Position numbers and translations under genes: made by a program
Notes under the pieces: model-generated
Database searches by the model: none
Seen by the model: only the letters and a program-made list of their open reading frames with translations
Told to the model about the DNA's origin: nothing
IMG/VR virus record: IMGVR_UViG_3300021957_000041
Location: 1 to 58,687 of that record
Origin: a virus
Taxonomy: Duplodnaviria; Caudoviricetes
Reading direction: 5' to 3' (one strand)
Length of the DNA stretch: 58,687 nt
Shown: piece by piece, positions 1 to 9,261 of the stretch
How positions within the stretch are numbered: the stretch's first letter is position 1
How the letters are laid out: each line of letters begins with the position of its first letter

Positions 1-631
1 AAGTTGGTGTCGAACTTACTACATCAAACTGACTGAGTGTTTCATAAAATTTGATTGCGTATGCTTGACGTTCTTCGGGTTTCTCGTTCAACGCAAGACC
101 CATAGCAATACGCATCCACATTGCTTGTGGAGTTTCCATTCTACGACCTTCTATGTGCAGTAAATACCGATCATATATAGTTTGAATACCAAGATACTTC
201 CAATCTTTTTCTCGTTCAATATTCAATATACTACTAAGTTCACGTAAATCAAAACACTCAAGAAGTTGTTCGTCCAAAATTTCTTCACGGACTAATCTAC
301 GCATATTCGTAATAAAACTTTTCCGATACTGAAGTTCAAATGCATCACTGTCCACTCCTTCACCGAATACTTCTTTGTAAATTGTATTAAGAAGCATTCT
401 TGCAGCCATATAAGCATAATTCGGCTCAAACTCAATTTTAGACCTAGCACTCATAATAAGTGATTTGTCAATGTCCATAGTTGTTACTTTATCAAACAAC
501 TTAATTTTTGCGTCAATTAATACTTCACTGGCACTAACATTATCTAAATTCTTTGCAGCTCGTTCTGCACATTTGTTGATTTTATCAACATTAAAATCTT
601 CTAGTCTACCGTTGCGTTTTTTTACTTTCAC
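1..631 (-). CDS. nrdA: Ribonucleotide reductase class I alpha subunit, N-terminal part with ATP-cone (runs off window start)
   Basis: Not in the ORF track. Manual translation from GTG at 631 gives MKVKKRNGRLEDFNVDKINKCAERA (ATP-cone)...YLGIQTIYDRYLL...ETPQAMWMRIAMGLA...SSTPT, typical NrdA motifs. AAGGT lies upstream. Confidence 0.93.
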   Translation of the reverse strand, partial: MKVKKRNGRLEDFNVDKINKCAERAAKNLDNVSASEVLIDAKIKLFDKVTTMDIDKSLIMSARSKIEFEPNYAYMAARMLLNTIYKEVFGEGVDSDAFELQYRKSFITNMRRLVREEILDEQLLECFDLRELSSILNIEREKDWKYLGIQTIYDRYLLHIEGRRMETPQAMWMRIAMGLALNEKPEERQAYAIKFYETLSQFDVVSSTPT

Positions 632-734
632 TTGTAACCTTTTGTTAGTTTTTTATATTAACATTATAATTTAATTATATAAATATATTTTACGAAATAC
701 ATCGTAAAAATACATACTATATATACAGAATTTT

Positions 735-2153
735 TTACCCAATATCAACAACATCTTCGTTATTATATGATTTTTTATTGGTATTCATTTGATCATACTT
801 AGTTTTCAATAGATTCTTTGTCCCATTCTCAGAATCATTCATTTCCACCATTATTTCCGCACCCTTTGTACTTTTTTCATCATATATTTCAATAACACCC
901 GAAGACGTGTCAACTCTACTTGGAAATGTCAAACCATCGGGTCCAAACCGATTTTTAATGACATGAAATCTACCTGTGTTACTGACTTTGTCAGTTGCTT
1001 TTCTTGATAAACTTATCACGAAATCTGCCGTCATTATTTTCCGATAACTATCCGCAACTTTTTGTGCTTCAATAATATTATCTTCTAACGATGAACGACT
1101 TGCTTGTGATGCAGTCCACACAGGTACTCCGAGTTCGCCCGCAAGGCCTCGGAGATCCTCATAAATTCCTCCTTGCTCAACATAACTGTTGGCATTATTT
1201 CCGTGATTACCAGGAGATAAAATATCTGCATAGTCAATCACGACCATATCAACAGGATACCCCATTGTATTTGCTAAATTTGCGTGTGCAAGGATTGTAC
1301 TCACTCCTACACTTTTGGTTGGATATTCTTTAATAAGAAGTTTTCCTTTGATACCTGCTACAATACTTTTTACTTTTTCTTCGTGTTCCATGATATCCTG
1401 AAACGGAATGCCTGTAAAACAACTATCATAACGAAGACCAACATAGCACTCATTAAGTTCCATTGTATAATGCAACACGTTTTTCCCAAGTTGCATTGCT
1501 GACTTACCTAAACTTGCCAAACACCAACTTTTTCCTCCACCTGCACTACTGATAATAACCCCTAGTTCTCCTGGTCCAAGTCCCCCATTTGTTAAATCAT
1601 CTATGACTTCTTGTCCTGTTGAAATTGTATCTCTGGCAGTTTCTGACATTCTTAACTCAATATCACGAGCATAATCATGCCCCATGTTTCGTTCTGTTCC
1701 TGCTTTAAGTGCATCATCAACAATTCGTTTAATGGAGTCGTATTGACCACCTTTAAGAAAGTCAACACTTTGCATAATTGCATTTTTCAGTTTTTGATTT
1801 TTACAAAAGTTCAAAAACTCATTTTTAACAAACTCGGCGTCGTGCGTTTCTACTTGAGTAAAAATACTTCTAAGTTGATCAATAACCGCAGCCTTGAGTG
1901 AATCAATTCCTATATCATCACATCTGATTTTAAAAACATCAAGAGTAGTTGTTCGTTTATACTTGCCGTAATAACTAAGTATTTCTTCTACAATCCATTT
2001 GTTTGGTTCACTCTCCCAATATTCAGTTTCAATGATGTCATGTGTTCTTTCTAAGAACTTTTTATCGTCAATTAAAGCACGAATAGTTTTACTTTGAAAT
2101 GTAGTCCCAAACTTTTGTAAGGTATCCACATTATTATTTATAGTCTCCGTCAT
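735..2153 (-). CDS. DnaB-like replicative helicase (T4 gp41-like)
   Basis: Walker A SSAGGGKS, HYTMEL, VVIDYADIL, VWTASQ and KNRFG motifs of DnaB/gp41. Confidence 0.93.
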   Translation of the reverse strand: MTETINNNVDTLQKFGTTFQSKTIRALIDDKKFLERTHDIIETEYWESEPNKWIVEEILSYYGKYKRTTTLDVFKIRCDDIGIDSLKAAVIDQLRSIFTQVETHDAEFVKNEFLNFCKNQKLKNAIMQSVDFLKGGQYDSIKRIVDDALKAGTERNMGHDYARDIELRMSETARDTISTGQEVIDDLTNGGLGPGELGVIISSAGGGKSWCLASLGKSAMQLGKNVLHYTMELNECYVGLRYDSCFTGIPFQDIMEHEEKVKSIVAGIKGKLLIKEYPTKSVGVSTILAHANLANTMGYPVDMVVIDYADILSPGNHGNNANSYVEQGGIYEDLRGLAGELGVPVWTASQASRSSLEDNIIEAQKVADSYRKIMTADFVISLSRKATDKVSNTGRFHVIKNRFGPDGLTFPSRVDTSSGVIEIYDEKSTKGAEIMVEMNDSENGTKNLLKTKYDQMNTNKKSYNNEDVVDIG

Positions 2154-2164
2154 ATATAAGAATT

Positions 2165-2193
2165 AGATTATCAAATGATTGGAATCCAATCAA
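2165..2193 (-). promoter_or_regulatory. sigma70-like promoter (TTGATT-17-TAATCT, extended -10 TGn) with an overlapping 17-bp palindrome
   Basis: Minus strand reads TTGATT ggattccaatcatttga TAATCT. Palindrome TGATTGGA-A-TCCAATCA at 2176-2192. Confidence 0.55.
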
Positions 2194-2210
2194 GACTTTT
2201 TTTAAAAAAA

Positions 2211-3287
2211 TTACGATTGTGAAGAAATCGCATAGTTATTCAGAATTGTCCATGTTTCCATCAACCAGTTGTGATGGTTAGGAAACGCAGCCCATAATTG
2301 GTCTTCTGCAAACTTTTTACTAAACTCAAATTTATTAAGAGTTGTAACAGAAGAATCAACATGATCAAATACTTTTGTTTGCATACTTGCAGGTAATATA
2401 GAATCAGTCAGTTGCATCAAATCATAATTTCGTTTCAGCAAAATTTGATTTTCTTCTTTAAGAAAGTTCTTATACAAAGGCATCTCTTTTTGTTTTTTCT
2501 CTGAGATTTGTAATAAATCATTTATATTTAGTTTTGTGTCATTTGTAAATTCAGGAAATGCAGTTTTTAGTTTTTTCTCACCTACACCTTTAATTCCGTC
2601 TATATTATCACCACGGTCTCCGTCTATTGTTCTATACAATAAAAAATTACTCGGATGGATTCCATATTCATGCAATACTTTCTCAGGAGTATAAACAGTT
2701 CGTTTAGTTGGACTATAAATCGTTACGTCATCATCTACAAGTTGAAGAAAATCTTTATCGGTGCTCATTATAGTACACTTTTTACCAAGTCCACTGAAAT
2801 AAGAACGAGCAAGTAATGCAATAACATCATCTGCTTCGACATTGTCCATGCAAATAGTTGTAACAGGAAGCATATTAAGATATTCAATGAGTTTAACTAT
2901 TTGTTTTTTCATTGAGTTATCTTCTTCTCCTTGATCCATATCCAAACTCAATGCACGATTCACACGAAATCGTACATTCTTTTTCATTTTATAATCAGAA
3001 AAAATCTTACGTCTTCTTGAAGAACCACCCTTGCCATCAAATATGATTATACAACGAGTGGGTTTACGCAAACGAATAGCATGACCTATACTTTTTAGAA
3101 ACCCCGTGTAACCACCTATATGATCTCCATTGTCATTCGTGGTTGGGTACATACTCCAAACACGCATAAATGTGTTCATACCATCAATTAAAAGAGCATC
3201 AGAGTTTATTGTTCTGTTTGCGTCTAACTCAGCCCTTTGCTCTTCTGAAAATTCCTGAAATAAACTAAATATTTTATTATTGCTCAT
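2211..3287 (-). CDS. 5'-3' exonuclease / flap endonuclease (T4 RNase H / PolI N-terminal-like)
   Basis: LLIDGMN, IIFDGKGGSSRRRKIFSDYK, EADDVIA, STDKDFLQL and GDRGDNIDGIKGVGEK motifs. Start more likely MSNNK (3287) than 3311. Confidence 0.92.
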   Translation of the reverse strand: MSNNKIFSLFQEFSEEQRAELDANRTINSDALLIDGMNTFMRVWSMYPTTNDNGDHIGGYTGFLKSIGHAIRLRKPTRCIIIFDGKGGSSRRRKIFSDYKMKKNVRFRVNRALSLDMDQGEEDNSMKKQIVKLIEYLNMLPVTTICMDNVEADDVIALLARSYFSGLGKKCTIMSTDKDFLQLVDDDVTIYSPTKRTVYTPEKVLHEYGIHPSNFLLYRTIDGDRGDNIDGIKGVGEKKLKTAFPEFTNDTKLNINDLLQISEKKQKEMPLYKNFLKEENQILLKRNYDLMQLTDSILPASMQTKVFDHVDSSVTTLNKFEFSKKFAEDQLWAAFPNHHNWLMETWTILNNYAISSQS

Positions 3288-4440
3288 TTGAAACCGATGC
3301 CAGTTCTGCATCTTCTATTTCAGCATTATCTGTAAACTCAACGTCTTCATCTATAACACTATTTGCTGATTGATATTCCATGATTAGATTATCACATATA
3401 TGTGTGTATAGTTCAGTTCTTAAATCTTCATCTTTCAGCATTTCAGGAAATTCTTTTGCCATAAACTTATAGTCTTTTCCCTTAGAGTCTGTAAATGAAT
3501 AATAAGCACCACCTTGTTTTAAGATTTTGTGAGTTTTTAAAGTTGTTATCCAACTTCCGATGTCATCAATGCCACGATTAAAATAAATTTCAAATGATGC
3601 TTTTCTTTGAGGAGGTCCCATTCTGTTTTTTACAATAGTTGCTTCGCATTTGCCACCGATAACTTCTGTTGTTGCACCTTTTTTAATTTGACCCATGCTT
3701 TTGAGACGAATGCGAACACTTGCGTGAAACGCAATTGCTTTTCCACCACTCGTTGTCCACGGATCACCAAACATAACTCCCATCTTTTGTCGGAGTTGAT
3801 TAGTAAATACCAATGCAATTTTTTGTCTTCCGATTGTTGAAGTTAACTTACGCATTGCTTTACTAATTAAAATTGCTTTGGTGGTTGCGTAACCATCCTT
3901 TGCATAATCTGCCGCCATTTCAATTTTAGTTGATGCAGCTGATACACTATCTGTTACAATAGTTACAAGTTTATCTTTGTTGCTTTTACGTACAGTTGCA
4001 ATGATGTTGTCAATCGTTGCAAAAATATCTTCAACCGTGTCAACATGAACATACAATAACTTTTCAGTATCAACACCAATTGCTTTTAGATACTCAATGG
4101 ATACACTGGTCTCGGTATCAATTAATACCGCAACACCCCCTTTCTTTTGAGTTTCCGCAAGAATATGACCTGATACTAAACTTTTTCCACTTTGTTCAAG
4201 TCCAGTTAGTTCTGTGATTCGTCCTGTTGGAATTCCACCATTAGGACGATTTGAAATAGCAAGATCAAGAAGACTACTACCAGTTGAAATCCAATCAGAT
4301 ATAAGTGACGGATCATCACCTTCACTTAAAAAGAAGGCAACTTTACCTTCGTCTTTATATGCAGTATTTAAACTATCTGCAAGTACACTTGCTAAATCAT
4401 CAGATTTGCTTGCTGTTTTTACTTCTTTTTTCTTTGCCAT
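3277..4440 (-). CDS. uvsX: RecA/UvsX recombinase
   Basis: ISTGSSLLDLAI, GRITELTGLEQSGKS, VFTNQLRQK, TTSGGKAIAFHASVRIRL and VKNRMGPP motifs. Confidence 0.95.
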   Translation of the reverse strand: MAKKKEVKTASKSDDLASVLADSLNTAYKDEGKVAFFLSEGDDPSLISDWISTGSSLLDLAISNRPNGGIPTGRITELTGLEQSGKSLVSGHILAETQKKGGVAVLIDTETSVSIEYLKAIGVDTEKLLYVHVDTVEDIFATIDNIIATVRKSNKDKLVTIVTDSVSAASTKIEMAADYAKDGYATTKAILISKAMRKLTSTIGRQKIALVFTNQLRQKMGVMFGDPWTTSGGKAIAFHASVRIRLKSMGQIKKGATTEVIGGKCEATIVKNRMGPPQRKASFEIYFNRGIDDIGSWITTLKTHKILKQGGAYYSFTDSKGKDYKFMAKEFPEMLKDEDLRTELYTHICDNLIMEYQSANSVIDEDVEFTDNAEIEDAELASVSNEQ

Positions 4441-4467
4441 ATTTAATAATTTTTAGTTTGTGAACTT

Positions 4468-4495
4468 GTGTGGTGAGGGAACACCCCCACCACAC
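4468..4495 (-). other. GC-rich stem-loop between ssb and uvsX, lacking a U-tract
   Basis: mRNA GUGUGGUGGGGG-UGUU-CCCUCACCACAC forms a 12-bp stem including one G-U pair and is followed by AAGUUCAC. Confidence 0.6.
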
Positions 4496-4515
4496 TTATA
4501 GTTCTTTTTACTTCT

Positions 4516-5346
4516 TTAAGACTTAAACAACTCTTCAAAAGCAGCCTCTACATCTTCCGTGGAAGTTGCGTTTGGTTTGCTTTGGTCTGTAGTTGCACTA
4601 GCAACGGTTGGTTGCTTTACTTCACTTTCGGTTTTTTCAACCTTGACAGTTTCGGAATCAACCGATTCTGCCGGTGGTGCATCTTCTTCAGACTCACCAC
4701 TTACCCACTTTTCAAGAGCATCCTTCAATTCATCATAACCAAGTTCTTGATAAATCTCTGTGATTTCTGCTTGATTGTTGGCAACACCATCAACGATATT
4801 CTTATTTTCGGATATAGGTGATGTGTTTGGTTTAACACGAATGTTAGTTTTTGGAAATGATCTTCCTGCTTCTTCTGCGGAAAGAAACTCAATGGTGATG
4901 TCTCTTCCTTGTGTAGAATCAGTAATATCTCCATAATCGGGATCAGCAATAACACTCAATAGTTCTTGGTAAACTTCTTTACCGAAACCCCAAAACCTAA
5001 CTCCTTCTGCTTCTTCTCCACGAACAAGAACAGGTACAAATGTACGCATCTTTGGCATTAACGAACGACCCATGCGGTAATCATCTTTGTCACCACTACG
5101 AGTTAACTTTTCAGCAAACTCAACGATTGGGTCAGGACGACCAAACGACTTTGGTGATAAGTATGTTCTATTATTGATTCCATAATGAAAATACAACTCA
5201 ATAAATGGATTATCGGGTTGATGCTTGTATGGTACAATACGAACTTGTTGCTTACCAGGTTGAGGTTTCCATTGATAGTTTTTGCGATTATTTGTCTGAG
5301 ACAAATTATTCAACTTTGCTTTTATTTTATTTAGGTCAATAGCCAT
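4516..5346 (-). CDS. Single-stranded DNA-binding protein (gp32-like)
   Basis: WKPQPGKQQVRIVP, PFIELYFHY, GVRFWGFGKEVYQEL, DITDSTQGRDI, and acidic C-tail EDVEAAFEELF. Adjacent to uvsX. Confidence 0.88.
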   Translation of the reverse strand: MAIDLNKIKAKLNNLSQTNNRKNYQWKPQPGKQQVRIVPYKHQPDNPFIELYFHYGINNRTYLSPKSFGRPDPIVEFAEKLTRSGDKDDYRMGRSLMPKMRTFVPVLVRGEEAEGVRFWGFGKEVYQELLSVIADPDYGDITDSTQGRDITIEFLSAEEAGRSFPKTNIRVKPNTSPISENKNIVDGVANNQAEITEIYQELGYDELKDALEKWVSGESEEDAPPAESVDSETVKVEKTESEVKQPTVASATTDQSKPNATSTEDVEAAFEELFKS

Positions 5347-5389
5347 TTTTTATTCCTTAATTTTTGTATGTTTTATTATTATTCTTAAT

Positions 5390-5418
5390 ATAATACTATT
5401 CGTTTTGATATTCGTCAA
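5390..5418 (-). promoter_or_regulatory. sigma70-like promoter upstream of ssb (TTGACG-17-TATTAT)
   Basis: Near-consensus hexamers at 17-nt spacing, read directly. Confidence 0.65.
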
Positions 5419-5433
5419 TCAGAATTATATTAA

Positions 5434-5664
5434 TCAAGAAGATTTTCCGTCATTTTCAACGAAATTGTAAAAAATCGAAGCAACTTCTAATACTTCGTGT
5501 GTAGTTGGAAGTGGAGGTATTTCGGGAGCAGAATTATCGTATTTAGCACGTTCTTGGAGTTCTTCTTTTTCCATGTGCCATGCTTCCCATACCATCTCTT
5601 TTGCGTTTTTTAACACGTCTAATCGAATGCCGTAGGCATCTAAATTCTTTGATTCATTTGTCAT
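5434..5664 (-). CDS. Small hypothetical protein (76 aa)
   Basis: Clean ORF with its own promoter. Pattern IRLDVLKNAKEM...PPLPTTHEVLEVASIFYNFV resembles small proteins recalled from T4-like phages. Confidence 0.7.
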   Translation of the reverse strand: MTNESKNLDAYGIRLDVLKNAKEMVWEAWHMEKEELQERAKYDNSAPEIPPLPTTHEVLEVASIFYNFVENDGKSS

Positions 5665-5710
5665 TTTTCAATTGTTATTTATTAATTACATTAACGAATT
5701 AATGTGTGTA

Positions 5711-5743
5711 TATAAATATATCTCAGAACTCGTTTTGTGTCAA
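5711..5743 (-). promoter_or_regulatory. sigma70-like promoter (TTGACA-17-TATATT) overlapping a TATTTATA motif
   Basis: TTGACA at 5743-5738, TATATT at 5720-5715, TATTTATA at 5718-5711. Confidence 0.6.
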
Positions 5744-5746
5744 TTT

Positions 5747-6514
5747 TTAAGTAGATTTTTGAAGATTTTTTTCAATTCTTTTGCGTGAAACTTCGACTGC
5801 TTTTTTGTTGATGTCACATCCTAAATAATTACGATTTAAAGACTTAGCAACATCGAGTGTCGTTCCACTTCCACAATAAAAATCTGCAACTAAATCTCCC
5901 TCGTTACTACTTGCTTTAATGATGCGTTCAAGTATCTTTGGGTGTTTTTCTGAATAATAATCAGTTTGTTTTTTAACTTTTAAACCCGATGGGATGTCAT
6001 CCCAAATATTTGTAGGTATCGTTCCAACTTTTAATTTTTCTTCGGTAATATTAGGACGATCTTGTTTTTTACTGATTACAGATTTATATGGAACCCGAAT
6101 ATCTAAATCATTGAAAACAAAATCATTCGATTTTGTATACACAATTATGTAATCATGTTTTTTTGCGAACTCTTTTTTTCCACGACCACCTATATTAAAT
6201 TTTACTACAATTTGGTTTCTGAAGTTTTCATATCCAAATATATTATCCATCAAAATTCGTATCCAATGAACAATACGCAAGTCCATTTGAAGATATATGG
6301 TTCCTGTTTCTTTTAACACACGATTCATTTCGTGTAAACGAGGAATATAATGATCATCTATATCTTTTTTATTGTTTGGTAAATCTGTATAATCTTTGAA
6401 CTTTTTACCAGTTCCATAAAGAATATCACAATAAACTAAATCTACACTATTTGTATCTAGTAGATTAAGAAGTTTTAAATTATCAAAATGGTAAACTTGG
6501 TTTATGGGTTTCAC
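5747..6514 (-). CDS. DNA N4-C/N6-A methyltransferase, beta-class, with atypical DILY catalytic motif
   Basis: SVDLVYCDILYG at the motif IV position, RVLKETGTIY, KHPKILERII, and ADFYCGSGTT (motif I, SAM binding). GTG start. Confidence 0.85.
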   Translation of the reverse strand: MKPINQVYHFDNLKLLNLLDTNSVDLVYCDILYGTGKKFKDYTDLPNNKKDIDDHYIPRLHEMNRVLKETGTIYLQMDLRIVHWIRILMDNIFGYENFRNQIVVKFNIGGRGKKEFAKKHDYIIVYTKSNDFVFNDLDIRVPYKSVISKKQDRPNITEEKLKVGTIPTNIWDDIPSGLKVKKQTDYYSEKHPKILERIIKASSNEGDLVADFYCGSGTTLDVAKSLNRNYLGCDINKKAVEVSRKRIEKNLQKST

Positions 6515-6517
6515 GCA

Positions 6518-8083
6518 TTACAACTTCCCACCTTCAAATCTTTTCATTTCTCCGTTGTTGTAACGATAACGAACTTCAACTTCAACAGTTTCTTTGTTTT
6601 CTCCGTAACCTTCTGTTTCTACATCGTATGTAAGAATGTTGATTGGTTTCTTCATTATTTCATGTAAATATGCCATAGTTCCCGTTGCATATTTGATATC
6701 AAGTGGTCTTCCATCAAAGTCGTGTCTAAGTAAAATCTCAGTATTTTTGTATTTCATGTTCTCCATGTAAATCACAGGACGACCCATATTAACGTGGCGT
6801 TCAACTAACTTTTCTTTTATCTTTTTGTGATCTTTACTAACAACGACATATTTGTTTGTTGATTTATCTAAAGCATATTCAAAATACTCATACTTCTCAC
6901 AAAAATCTCTTGTAAAAAATTCATTTAAAAATGTAACATCATTATAGTTCTCACGAACTTCATATAGTTTTTCACGACCTAGATTTAAGTTTTTATTCCA
7001 ATATCTTTTTTCATCACCATTGTCGCAATTTTCGTATTCTTTACCAAACTTACCTTTATTCCATCGGTCTTCAATATCACGCAACAAAGTATTTCCAAGT
7101 TTGTATGGATTGTTCATGTTATATTTACCACCCAAAACTCCTGCATGGTGTTTTGCATAATCAAAAATACCATCGTCTCCTGCAAAATTACAAGTTGCCA
7201 TAATATATGAATCCCAATAACTTGCCCAACCTTCATTAAGAACTTTTGTCATTCCTTGTGGACGATAATAAATAGATTCATCACGAATCATACTAAGAAT
7301 ATTTTGTTGCCAAGGTTCTAAACGACAATGATTGATAATCATCAACATAATATCTCGTTCAGGTTTCAATGGAAACTTATTTTCTGCTAATTTTTGTCGT
7401 TCTTCACGTTCACGTCTTTGCTTTTCAATATAATGTGCAGGATTAACATACTTCTGCATATACTCTTTAGTGTCTAAACGAGAAACGTGCTCACGGGGTT
7501 GACGATCTTCAAAGTTAAACTTTGTTGCTTTCTTTAAACTACTTTCACGATAACATAATGATGGATCAATTAAATCATCAATAGCAAGAGCTGCATTTAA
7601 AAAGTCTTTTACTTTCTTTCTACCAAATCTATCCATGTACATACGAATTTTATCACTATGATTTGCCATAACATTCATCATGTTACGATTCGTATGCTTG
7701 AACATAATATTGTTTTTAAAAAAATCACTATGTGCAGTTGCGTGTGCAACAACAGTTAAATTATCAACAATAGGATTGTTACGTTGCAGATACATATAAG
7801 TCGGATCAGTATTTACAACCATTTCATAAATCTTACCCATACCTGAATGATACTGATGATGTAACTGCTCAAATTGTTGTCCAAAATTAAAATGAGGATA
7901 ACGAACAGGAAAACCACCATAAGCGGCAATCTCAACTATTTCGTCCGCATCAAATTCTTCAATAACCAACGGATATGGATCAAGTCCATTATCATAACAC
8001 GCCTTTAAACACTCAGGTATAAGAGCAGCCAACTCTGGACATACTCCTTCGTTTAAACTATCTACTTCCCATGCAATTCCCAT
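6518..8083 (-). CDS. spoVR: SpoVR/YcgB family protein
   Basis: GFPVRYPHF, KIYEMVVN, AHATAHSDFFKNN, TKVLNEGWASYW, NPYKLG and YNDVTFLNEF signatures. Confidence 0.93.
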   Translation of the reverse strand: MGIAWEVDSLNEGVCPELAALIPECLKACYDNGLDPYPLVIEEFDADEIVEIAAYGGFPVRYPHFNFGQQFEQLHHQYHSGMGKIYEMVVNTDPTYMYLQRNNPIVDNLTVVAHATAHSDFFKNNIMFKHTNRNMMNVMANHSDKIRMYMDRFGRKKVKDFLNAALAIDDLIDPSLCYRESSLKKATKFNFEDRQPREHVSRLDTKEYMQKYVNPAHYIEKQRREREERQKLAENKFPLKPERDIMLMIINHCRLEPWQQNILSMIRDESIYYRPQGMTKVLNEGWASYWDSYIMATCNFAGDDGIFDYAKHHAGVLGGKYNMNNPYKLGNTLLRDIEDRWNKGKFGKEYENCDNGDEKRYWNKNLNLGREKLYEVRENYNDVTFLNEFFTRDFCEKYEYFEYALDKSTNKYVVVSKDHKKIKEKLVERHVNMGRPVIYMENMKYKNTEILLRHDFDGRPLDIKYATGTMAYLHEIMKKPINILTYDVETEGYGENKETVEVEVRYRYNNGEMKRFEGGKL

Positions 8084-8086
8084 AAC

Positions 8087-9241
8087 TTAAAAAGGTACTT
8101 CTTCATCGGCAGGTGTTAATAATTTTTGAAGAGTTTTGAACACATCAGATGGAGAATCCATAGATGCAGTTACAATTGTCTTCGGATCAAGTTCTCCACT
8201 TGATAACTTAGTTTGTATGTGAGGTAAAAACGTTGCCCAACTTCTTACTGCCTTGACTTCAGTTATACCAATTAAATTTGCATACTTTTGCATTGTTTTT
8301 AAATAATCTACACACAAATCATTATCAGAACCAAAATTCTCTCCGTCACTTAAATAGAACACATAAATGTTCCATTCATTTAAAGGAAATGCTTTTTCAA
8401 CAATGTCATTTACCAAATGAAAAGCACTACTAATTTGTGTTCCACCACCACTTTTATATTTGTAGAACTTTTCTTGATCTACTTCTTGTGCATGATGATC
8501 GTGAACAATATACTTTACTTGTGTTTCTTGATAAAATCTTTGTACCCAATTATCAAGATACCAACACAACTCACGAATTAATGCTCGTTTTTCTTCGTCC
8601 ATACTTGCAGAAATATCTGATACAAAGAATATAGCCGCATTTGTATCGGGTACTTCAACTGAACTCCAACTTCTGAATTCTTTATCATCTTTAATTGGAT
8701 AAAAGTTAGATAAATCTTCTGGATTGTAATCTTCTGATGAAATCAATCGTTTGAAAGCATTCTTGAGAGTTTTGCGTTTATGAAGCAAACTATTGTTTCC
8801 TACTTTGGCAATGCGATTCCACTTGATTTTTTCTTTGACCATTTCTCCATTTTCTTTAGGAAGCAAATTTGGCAATTGAAGTTCTTCACCGATCATATCA
8901 AAGTAAGCATCCATGCTAATTCCAACATCAATTTCGTGACCGTCTCCGTCTCCGTCTCCACCATCACCAGGTTGTCCACCTTGACCTTGACCCTGTGGTG
9001 GTCCGTCACCAACTTCATCTCCTACATCTGCTTCTCCGTTGCCGACACCACCTCCATCAGAAGGTTGTCCGTAACGAAAACTCGGAAGTTCTACGTGAGG
9101 AACCCGAACTACTACGAAGTCTTTTCCTCTTCGTGTAACTCGTTGACCACCTTTAATGTGTTTTTTGAGTTTTTCGTCAACATTTCCTTTGACGATATCT
9201 CTGTATTCACCGTGGTCTTCTCGTATTCTACGTGATGGCAT
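8087..9241 (-). CDS. yeaH: YeaH/YhbH (DUF444) vWA-domain protein
   Basis: Gly/Asp-rich linker, ELQLPNL, MIDAS DISASM, SGGGTQISSA and YLSDGEN. Lies between prkA and spoVR. Confidence 0.92.
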   Translation of the reverse strand: MPSRRIREDHGEYRDIVKGNVDEKLKKHIKGGQRVTRRGKDFVVVRVPHVELPSFRYGQPSDGGGVGNGEADVGDEVGDGPPQGQGQGGQPGDGGDGDGDGHEIDVGISMDAYFDMIGEELQLPNLLPKENGEMVKEKIKWNRIAKVGNNSLLHKRKTLKNAFKRLISSEDYNPEDLSNFYPIKDDKEFRSWSSVEVPDTNAAIFFVSDISASMDEEKRALIRELCWYLDNWVQRFYQETQVKYIVHDHHAQEVDQEKFYKYKSGGGTQISSAFHLVNDIVEKAFPLNEWNIYVFYLSDGENFGSDNDLCVDYLKTMQKYANLIGITEVKAVRSWATFLPHIQTKLSSGELDPKTIVTASMDSPSDVFKTLQKLLTPADEEVPF

Positions 9242-9261
9242 AATGATGTATTCGTTGACTA

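Noticed and set aside
8930-9070. Gly/Asp/Gln-rich low-complexity, higher-GC stretch
   Set aside because: This is the usual glycine-rich linker of YeaH/YhbH proteins, not a separate element.
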